A stretch of DNA of 64,000 nt, taken from positions 558,001 to 622,000 of the forward strand of contig CBFDEM010000015.1 of NCBI GenBank assembly GCA_965603825.1, in the 5' to 3' direction. This document shows positions 46,947 to 56,605 of this stretch, one piece after another. Each line of letters opens with the position of its first letter. The first letter of the stretch is position 1. Both the position numbers and the translations under genes were made by a program. Source of the stretch: Blepharisma stoltei ATCC 30299 (Eukaryota > Protista > Ciliophora). Under the pieces are notes generated by a model. That model was given only the letters and a program-made list of their open reading frames with translations. It did no database searches and was not told the origin of the DNA.

Positions 46947-47898
46947 ATGATAAAAACCACAACAGAAAGTGATATCACCTTAGAATCTCTTGAAAAGAAG
47001 TTAGTTATAGATTTCGGCCACCGCTCAAGAGTATGACTTGTAGAGCACAGACACACCTTCTACGCCCTCAAAGAAGTCGCCAAAGCTGGTCTTTCTGAAA
47101 TAGAGGTCAGACATTTATTCGAAGAAAAACAAGCATTGAGCAGTCTTAAGCATCCAAATATTATTAAGCTCATCACTACTTTTAAAGACCACACAAACAT
47201 TTATTTCCTATTAGAGCTTGCCAAAGGTGCACCACTAAGCCATATCTTAAAGCAGCAGCGGAGATTTCCAATTGAGCAGGTTCAGTCAATTGCTTTACAA
47301 ATTGCAAATACTTTGGCATATATTCACGCTGAAGGCTATATTTATCGTGACTTAAAATTATCTAACGTATTATTAGACGACACAGGCAAAGTGGTATTTG
47401 TTGACCTTGGTTTATGCAAAAAAATAAACAACGAAAAGTAAACACATATTTAGAGCTTATACAGTAACGGGTACTAGGCATGCAATGAGTCCTGAAATGT
47501 TTAAGCATCTAATAGATGGGACTGAGCCATCTGGATATAGCTATGAAATAGACTGGTGGGCACTTGGAATATTAACTTATGAGCTCCTAAAGAGCAGCCC
47601 ACCCTTTGGACTATATGGAGAAGATTTATTCCCACACATTTTGAGAGGACTGGATTATGTTGATATGACAGAAGTCCCAGAAATTGCTTGTGATTTTATT
47701 AGGAAACTGCTGAACCCAGATTTAAGCTTGAGGCTAGGACATAATAGCTCAAATGAGGTGCTAGATCATCAGTTTCTTAGGACTGCGCCACCTTTGATAG
47801 TCCCGAATTCGACTCAGCTGCAAGTGATACAGTCTTGGTGTGAATTTATTGATCCTTCAGAACAAGTTTCAGAGCAAGATTTATTTAGAGAATTTTAA
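46947..47898 (+). CDS. Compact PKA-like AGC kinase with degenerate Gly loop
   Basis: IDFGHRSRV(W), YALKE, YRDLKLSN, DLG, GTRHAMSPE and DWWALG; intron 47438-47453. Confidence 0.85.
47438..47453 (+). other. 16-nt intron GTAAACACATATTTAG
   Basis: Removal gives the activation segment NEKAYTVTGT. Confidence 0.88.
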
Positions 47899-48048
47899 TA
47901 TGATTTATTAATCAAGATTGAAAATAGGTAAATTAAAAGATAATTATTTTATCTAATGACTTTAGAGATATATTTGGCAATATTAATAGGATTTTCTGAA
48001 AATATTAGAAAATATAGGCCAAAATTATTAAATAATTTAGATATCATT

Positions 48049-48963
48049 ATGGCTGATTTATTAGAAGAACTTAAAGATCTTGACGAAGAAGATGAGAATT
48101 ACATTTTCCTTGACAAATTTGGGAATCCTCAATTGAGAATCGAACTGAATATTCATTGAAACTTGCTCCCTAATAAATGCATTTTGCTTACTTGCAATGC
48201 AAATGAGTCATTAGGCTATCTCCGATTTCGAATCGGTGAAACAATGGAAAAATATCCCACATTTTCAGGTCTGAGCAATCTCACAGCTTATAACTTGACA
48301 AGCAATAAAGTTTCGCTGCCAAAAGTATCAAATATATAGGAAGGGACCTGTGGAGAATTCACAAAAAGTGGAGATCATATATCTTGTGACATTACCTCGC
48401 AGGATATGTGAATTGATGTAAGGATTGAGTCAATTAATTTCAATTTACGTGTACAATTTGAAGTCAAAGTAAACTTAAACTTGACGATTGACAAACTCAA
48501 ACTATCCTTAGTCGAAATTGCTAACAAATTATTAAGAGCTAAAAGCTTAAGGGCAAATTATGACGAAAATGATATTGAATTTAACAAAATTCCTGTTGAT
48601 AAAGAAAGCCTATCACAAGACCTGACAGCTCCTGTCCTAGATGGGAGCGAAATTTTAAAGAAACTTATAAAGGTAGATGGAGATAAAGAGGTCTCAACAG
48701 TTTTTGACTATTTAGATAGATATGCAATGTGCTTTCTGAATAAAACAAAAAAAGATAGGAGCACCTATGGGATTGATTTCCAGCCAAGTTTTATGGGAGC
48801 AGACTCATTGATTAGGGTACTAGATAGCTTACCAATAAGAGGGCTGAGGGTCGAGCCAACTGTGTTTTCAAGCTCAATGGAAGTTAAGGAAGCCGAAATC
48901 AGTAGGAAAAGGTCATTTGTAGCTAAAAAAGTTCCGAATTTTTGTTTGTGCAATATATGTTAA
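48049..48963 (+). CDS. Hypothetical protein with C-terminal Cys cluster (CLCNIC, CaaX-like)
   Basis: Continuous through TGAs at 48157 and 48409 after removing intron 48325-48339. Confidence 0.75.
48325..48339 (+). other. 15-nt intron GTATCAAATATATAG
   Basis: Removes the only in-frame TAG in the gene. Confidence 0.85.
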
Positions 48964-49149
48964 AGTTTACTTAAAATAAAATTTCCTATTGTAATTTTTG
49001 TTAATAAATAGTGTAGAAATCCATTATAATTTAAATATTTCCCTTATTCAAAATAGCATTAAATAAGAGTAGCTTCCTTCTAAAAGCACTATTCATTTAC
49101 TCATCTTAATTCACAAACAATATTAGTATGATTCTATAAATCCTTAGTA

Positions 49150-51084
49150 ATGGCGACACCTCAATTCAAACTTTTAAGTCCTGAAGAACTTATGCTCCCT
49201 GGCGATTTTGCGGAGTTTAAGGGCAAAAGTAAAATTGAACCACCAGTAAGGTCTTCATATTTAGCAATTGCCACTGCTTTTTTCCAATCTCTGATCAGAA
49301 TCAGGGACTCCAATATGTCCACTCCATCTTGAGCAGCAATCGAATCATATATCAAGCAAACTAATGAATTTGTTAAACAAATTCCTGATTACATTCCAAT
49401 TTGGGACAAATTCAAATACATTGTCGCAGAAGTTTTCATTAAAAAACCTAAGTTTACAGCTTTAAAAAATATTAGACAATTGCTCAACCTAAACCACCAA
49501 AACGCTTGTGACGCTTTAGATATCGGAATGAGGCTGCTTTTTTGTGTGATCGTTGATAAAGATCATCAATATAACGATATTTTAACCAAGCCATACGTGC
49601 TGAGAGGGAATGAGTATTATTTGCAACATTTTTGTAATAAGTTAAGAGTAAATGTATTGATCGTGATGATGTCGAGCCACCAATATATGATTAGAGATGA
49701 TAGGAACAATGCCCCACTTGTGACGCTTTTTATGGAAGGGGATGGAGTCTTCAGTGTGCTTTATCATAGAGAAAGCACTATGGTAGACATAGGAACTCCG
49801 ATGACTGACAGCTTGGAAAAATTCCCCTTTTTCTATAACCCAAAAGCAGCTCCTAAACTTAATTCTACTCAAACTCCTCAAGTTTCTCAGCCACCTGCAA
49901 AAGTGAATCAACCCCCAGTCAATCGAGAACCTCCTATTTCTCCTTTATCCCCTCAAGAGGAGAGAAAATCTGAGCCTAGTTCTCCGGCAAAGGACAATAT
50001 TTATAAGCAGTTGATTTCTCATATGTCTACAGTCATTTTTACGAATATTCCAAATTACAATGACGAGATTTTATTAAAATTGCTTAACGACGGCGCTGCA
50101 TTTGACTCATCATTAGACAATAATGATTATGCCAGGCTAAAAGCTAATTTAAATAGACTAAAACCATCTGAGCCAGCACAAGTGGGCAGGCAGCAATGCG
50201 GACATCAGCTGCTGCTTTATAAGCCTTTGTGCGGGAGCGACCATTGTGCTTATTGTTTAAAAGAAATAATCGACCAAGCCAAAGCGAGAAGTACAATAGC
50301 CAATTGTGAGCATGGACAAAAGATAAGTCCAAAAGTTGCGAAAGATCTAGAAAACCTTTTGAGGACTGGACAAGCTGGAGGGGACAGCCCAGGAATTCCG
50401 AAAGGAGAAAATATGCAGCCTAGGAGCCAATTTCCTCCACAAATGAAGCCTTCATCAGGCAATTATCAAAGCAATTTACCTTCCCAAATGAATCAAGCTC
50501 CTCCTAAATTAAGCGCAATGCAGCAGAAGCCTCCAGCTTATAACCAGCCTGCTGATTCATATATGGAGGACGAAGTCTCAATCCCAGTGGTTTTTAGAAA
50601 AACTGGAGCTAATACTAATATACAAAATATACAGCCGGGCTCTCAAGCGCAGTGTAGGACTGGAAATGCATCACCAAATTATCCTCAGTCTGGAATGCAT
50701 AATCCTACTAATCAATCCCAATTCGCCACAAATCCAGTACCACAAAACAGAAACTCTTCCCCTGCTATGAATCAAGCTCAGCTACAGCAACCTCAAAACC
50801 AGCAAAGAATTCCTCCTTATCAGGGTGTTCAGCCAGCTCCAAGTCTTTTAGGCCAAGGATATACTGGAAATCCTCAAGGTGGAGTGCGAAATGCCCCAAA
50901 GCCAGGAATTGAGTGTTACCAATGTGAGCAAATTAGGTCTCCTGATGATTTTTCTATTGATTGCCCTAATCATAAGACTTGTAATATTTGCAGAGTCCAG
51001 GATGTAACCCAATGTATTAATTGTGGGAGAGGCTATTCTGATAATGACACTGCAATTCTTAATGCTATTCGTGATTCACTTTAA
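49150..51084 (+). CDS. Array gene A: putative inactive otubain/OTU-like domain + central Cys/His finger + Q/P-rich linker + C-terminal RING-like finger
   Basis: Single frame through TGA 49330. Fingers CGH..CGSDHCAYC..CEHG and CYQC..CPNHKTCNIC..CINC. The OTU resemblance is by motif order only. Confidence 0.8.
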
Positions 51085-51197
51085 ATAATTAGGTTTAATA
51101 TTAAGTTTATTATGTTGCTTTATATATAAATGGAAACCTTGAAATAGTTAATTATTCTATATATTAAAATGGACGATTGAGAAATGGTATAATTTAA

Positions 51198-53021
51198 ATG
51201 GAAGAGCTTTGTTGCACCTTCGCTTCTTGCAAAAATCCAGCAAAATACATTTGTGACTGCAATTCAGCACAATTTTGTAAAATCCATATACCTGAGCATA
51301 AAAAATTGTCTAGTCAGCCTCACTCAATTGAGCCTTTATTTTATGCACCAAATCCTGAAACAAAGGCTATTATTATTAAAGAGATAATAAAGGCTGAAAC
51401 TAAATTAAACGAAAATGAAGCAAAGCTTTTTGAGTCTCTTTCTCATATGATTTCTAATTTAGAAAATTTAGTCAAAAGCGTGGTGATTAGCACAGAATTG
51501 AATCTTAATAAAAGCTTGACGACGATTAAACAAGCTAAGAAAGTTTCTAGATTAGAAAAAAATCCTATTTTAAATTTATTAACACATGATTCAAAAGAAG
51601 CTATGGGGAATCTCAGACTCATTTTAGAGTCTGAGTTTGAGCTTAAACTGGCCCAAATTTTAGAAATTGCGAAAAAAATTGAAGAAGAAGCAGAATATTT
51701 TCGACCATCAATGGATATAATTTCACCTAGAAAATCTGAGCCTAGTTCTCAAACTAAGGACAATATTTATAAGCAGTTAATTTCCCATATGTCTGCAATC
51801 ATTTTTACGAATATTCCAAATTACTATGACGAGGTTTTATTAAAATTACTTAACGACGGCGCTGCATTTGACTCCTCATTAGACATTAATGATTATGCCA
51901 GGCTAAAAGCTAATTTAAATAGACTAAAAAAACCTGAGCCAGCAAAAGGGGGCAGTAAAAAATGCGGCCATCAACTGCTGCTCTGTAAGCCTTCGTGTGG
52001 GTACGACCATTGTGCTCATTGCTTAAAAGTAATAATAGACCATGCCAAAGTGAAAAATACAATAGCTAATTGCGAGCATGGACAAAAAATAAGTCCATGA
52101 GAAGTGAAAGGCTTAGAAAGCCTTTTAAGGACTGAACAAGTTGGAGGAGACAATACAGGAATTCCGAAAGGAGAAAAAATGTATCCTTGCAGTCTGGCTC
52201 CTTCACAAATGAAGCCTCCACAAGGTAATTATTCAAACAATTTTTCTCCACAAATGAATCAAGCACCTCCTAAATTAAGCGCAATGCAACAGAAGCCTCC
52301 AGCTTATCAAGGCCCAAGTATACTATCAGGCCCAAGCATGCAGCCAGGCTCAAGTATGCAGCCAAGACCAAGTATGCAATCAAGCTCAAGTATGCAGCTA
52401 AGATCAATCATGCAACCAAGCTCAATTATGCAATCAGGCCAAAGTATTCAACCAGGCCAAAATATGCAAACGGGCCAAAATATGCAACGTGGCCAAAATA
52501 TGCAACCAAACTCAAATATGCAACCAAACCAAAATATTCAACCGGGCCCAAATATGCAACCAAACCCAAGTATGCAACCAGGCCCTCAAATACAGTATGT
52601 GAATTGAAATATTTCACCAAATTATTCTCAGTCTGGAACGTATAATCCTACTAATCAATCCCAATTTCCCACAAATTCAGTACCACAGAACAGAAACTCT
52701 GCCTTTTTTATGAATCCGCCACAGTTACAGCTACCCCAAAACCAGCAATGAACTCCTTCTTATTCAGTTCCATTCCTCACAGGCCAAGGATATACAGGAA
52801 ATCCTCAAGGTGGAGTGCTAAATGCCCCAAATTCAGGAATTCAGTGCTACCAATGTGAGCAAATTATGTCTTTTGATGATTTTTCTATTGATTGCCCTAG
52901 CCATACAACTTGCAATATTTGCAGGGTCCAGGATGTAACCAAATGTATTAATTGTGAGAGAGGCTATTCTGATAATGAATCTGAACTCTTAGTGCAATTC
53001 GTGCTTTACTTTAATAATTAA
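51198..53021 (+). CDS. Array gene B: chimeric N-terminal Zn-finger/coiled coil + gene-A-derived C-terminal half with 18-bp repeat expansion
   Basis: Open from ATG 51198 to TAA 53021 through TGAs 52098, 52605 and 52749. From RKSEPSS onward it is highly similar to gene A. Confidence 0.8.
52320..52589 (+). repeat. About 15 tandem 18-bp units encoding MQPxxx hexapeptides
   Basis: ILSGPS MQPGSS MQPRPS MQSSSS MQLRSI MQPSSI MQSGQS IQPGQN MQTGQN MQRGQN MQPNSN MQPNQN IQPGPN MQPNPS MQPGPQ. Confidence 0.9.
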
Positions 53022-53128
53022 GTTTTGATATTAAGTTTCCTTTATATATTATTAATTTTTTGAAAATAATTTTTGATTCTATATAATTATCTAAATTAAA
53101 TGAATGATTGAGAAATGATATAATTTAA

Positions 53129-54493
53129 ATGGAAGAGCCTTTTTGCACCTTCGCTGCTTGCAAAAACCCAGCAAAATACATTTGTGACTGCAATTCGGCA
53201 CAATTTTGTAAAATCCATCTACCTGAGCATAAAAAATTATCTAGCCAGCCTCACTCAATCGAGCCTTTATTTTATACACCAAATCCAGAAACAAAGGCTA
53301 TTCTTATTAAAGAAATAACAAAGGCTGGAACTAAATTAAACGAAAATAAAGCAAAACTTTTTGAATCTGTTTCTCATATGATCTCTAATTTAGAAAATTT
53401 AGTAAAAAGAGTTGTGATTAGCACAGAATGGAATTTTAATAACAGCTTGACGGCAATTAAACAAGCTAAGAAAGTTTCTAGATTAGAAAAAAGCCCGATT
53501 TTAAATTTATTAACATTAGAATCAAAAGAAGCTATAGGAAATCTCAGACAAATATTGGAGCCAGAGCTTGAGCTTAAACTAACCCAAATTTTTGAAATTG
53601 GAAAAAAAATTGAAGAAGAAGCAGAATATTTTAGAAAAATTCAAGATTCTCTAAAGGTGTCATCAAATAAAATAAAAAAACCCTCAATAGTCAATCTTCC
53701 ATCAATACATATAATTTCACTTAAAAAACCTGAGCCTAGTTCTCCAACAAAGGACAATATTTATAAACAGTTAATTTCCCATATGTCTACAGTCATTTTT
53801 ACGAATATTTGAAATTACTATGACAAGATTTTATTAAAATTACTTAACGACGGTGCTGCATTTGACTCCTCATTAGACAATAATGATTATGCCAGGCTAA
53901 AAGCCAATTTAAATCGACTAAAACCACCTGAGCCAGCACAAGTGAGCAGGCAAAAATGCGGCCATCCACTGCTGCTTTATATGCTTTTGTGTGGGTACGA
54001 CCATTGTGCTTATTGCTTAAAAGAAGTACTCGACCAAGCCAAAGCGAAAAATACAATAGCCACTTGTAAGCATGGGCAAAAAATAAGCTCAAGAGCTGAG
54101 AAAAATTTAGAAAACCTTTTAAGGGCTGGACAAGTTGGAGGGGACAGCTCAGGAATTCCGAAAGGAGAAAATATGCAGCCTGAAAGCCAGTTTCCTTCAC
54201 AAATGAAGCCTTCACCAGGCAATTTTCCTCCACAAATGAATCAAGCTCCTCCTAAATTAAGCGCAATGCAGCTGAAGCCTCCAATTTATAACCAATCTGT
54301 TGATTCACATATTGACGAAGAAACTCCATCTCTCGTAGGCAAAGGAAATACTGGAAATCCTCAAGGTGGAGTGCGAAATGCCCCAAAGCCAGGAATTGAG
54401 TGTTACCAATGTGAGAAAATTAGGTTTCCTGATGATTTTTCTATTGATTGCCCTAATCATAAGACTTGTAATATTTCAGGGTCCAGGATGTAA
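53129..54493 (+). CDS. Array gene C: chimeric paralogue with a frameshift truncating the C-terminal finger
   Basis: Open through TGA 53810. aatatttcagg vs aatatttgcagag (A) and aatatttgcaggg (B) is a 1-nt deletion near 54476 giving an early TAA. Homologous sequence continues out of frame to about 54570. Confidence 0.72.
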
Positions 54494-54673
54494 CCCAATT
54501 TATTGATTGTGAGAGAGGCTATTCTGATAATGACACTGCAATTCTTAATGCTATTTGTGATTCACTTAAATAATTAGGCGTGATATTAAGTAGCCTTTAT
54601 ATATTATAGAAATCTTGAGATAATTAATGATTCTATATGTTTAAATGAGCGTTTTATAAAAGGTATAATTTAA

Positions 54674-54995
54674 ATGGAAGAGATTTTTTGCTTTTTTGCA
54701 CCTTCGCTGCTTGGAAAAACCGGCAAAATATATTTGTGACTGCAATTTAACCCGATTTTGTAAAATTCATATACCTGAGCATAACAACTGTATAGTTAGC
54801 CTCACTCAATCGAGCCTTTATTTTATACACCAAATCCAGAAACAAAGACTATTCTTATTTAAAAAATTAAATAAAGCAAAGCTTTTTGAGTATGTGTCCA
54901 ATATGATTTCTAATTTAGAAAATTTAGTCAAAAGAGTTGTAATTAGCACAGAATTGAATCTTAATAAATGCTTGACAACAATTAAACAATCTATA
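54674..54995 (+). pseudogene. Array gene D: frameshifted, 3'-truncated fragment of the B/C N-terminal module
   Basis: Same upstream ggtataatttaaATGgaagag as B. KPAKYICDC and SNLENLVKRVVISTELN are retained but separated by frameshifts and a deletion. Confidence 0.85.
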
Positions 54996-55130
54996 ACTAA
55001 GAGCAACTCTTGGCTTGCATTTTGTAATAAGTCTAAATGTTAGAAATTTTTGGGATGCTCTCCTAACTTAAATGCTGGGACTCGACCTTAAGTCTTCATT
55101 AATTTATAGCTTTTTAATTCTACAAATATC

Positions 55131-56075
55131 ATGGATCAATATTTATGTACTTTCTCATCCTGCAAAAACAGGGCTAAGTATAGCTGCGACTGCAACTCAG
55201 CTCCATTTTGCAAGAATCATGTATCAGAGCATAAGAAATTACCCAAAAAGCCTCATTCGATTGAGCCACTATTTACCTTGCCAAACCCAGAAACAAAGAA
55301 TACTCTTCTTATAGAAACTAATTATGTTCTTGAACAGTTAAGAAATAACAACAAAAAGCTCATTGAGTATGTTTCACGAATATTTGCAGCTTTCGAAAAT
55401 ATACTAGAAAAAAGCATTATAGACGCAGAGCACAATATCAATAAAATTTTAACAAATATCACGAATACCACAAAGCTGTGTAAGTTAGAAAAAGATCGTT
55501 ATTTACAATGCTTAAATTTAGACCCTCTTGATGCTTTGGATATCTTTAGATGATTTATAGAGCATGATCTCGAAGTGAGAGCATCTGAAATTAAAAATGC
55601 AATGGAAGAAATTATGGCAATCGCAGAAGAGTTAAGTAATTACCTATGTGAAAATATTAATACATTTTGGGATTCAAGTAGACAAACTTTGCTATCTAAA
55701 GATAAAAAAACACTTTTAAGTGAAGGTAAACAATCGAAAGAAGAATTTTCAGGTTATTCAAAGCCTAGCCAAAAAAGTCAGGATCCGTCTTTGAGTAATA
55801 TAATTGATGAGGCAATTAACCTTATAGAATTAGAAGAGCAATCTGGAAAATTGCCAGAAAAACTTCAAAACAAGCCACAAATTCCAGGAACTCTTAGCAA
55901 AGTAGCTCAATGTTGAGTCTGCTCACAATGAAAGGCTTCCGATGAATATACTATTAAATGCCAAGGACATGATGTTTGTAATAGATGCAGAATTAAAAAC
56001 CTAGAATATTGTTTAATTTGCAAAATATTTTATTCAGACCATGAGAATATAATAAAATATGGGCATAGCCCTTAG
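55131..56075 (+). CDS. Array gene E: divergent N-terminal Zn-finger/coiled coil + C-terminal RING-like finger
   Basis: CTFSSCKNRAKYSCDCNSAPFCKNH at the N-terminus. Through TGAs 55551, 55914 and 55929 it ends CWVCSQW..CQGHDVCNRC..CLIC; TAG 56073-56075. Confidence 0.8.
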
Positions 56076-56605
56076 TTATTCGAATTTCGAGCAAGGTTGT
56101 AGATTCAGAAGTGCTATAGGATTAAAAAAATTGTTAATTGTTGAGAAAATTTTAGTGATGTTTTTATCTACAATGAATTGTGAAATAAGAGGTTAGTAAG
56201 AATAATTTTATATTATCATATGAAAATATTGCTATCTAAATTAAGAGTCAAAGCTATCATTATAAGTAAGCCAAATTCTATTTAAAACATTAGATTACTG
56301 AAGAGAAACTTAAAGCTCTGGATTGCAGTTAAATGTAGACTAAATTTTCTTCTTTGAAAAATTATATAGAAATATAAAATAAATATAAACGATGCTTATT
56401 CAGTCTTTATCACAGATAATTAATCTTCTGAAAATTTACTTCAATAAAATATAATTTATACAGATAGTAATTTTAATAGCATAATCACTAACAGAAAGAT
56501 TAAATTAAATTTAATCAATATCAGTTAAACTTCCTAAATATATCTAATCAAATTTGTATAAATAATACTAATTACAAATTAATCACTTTCTAATTTAAGA
56601 GATAA

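Noticed and set aside
52320-52589. Periodic repeat as a CRISPR-like array
   Set aside because: Contiguous 18-bp in-frame coding units without spacers, in a eukaryotic gene.
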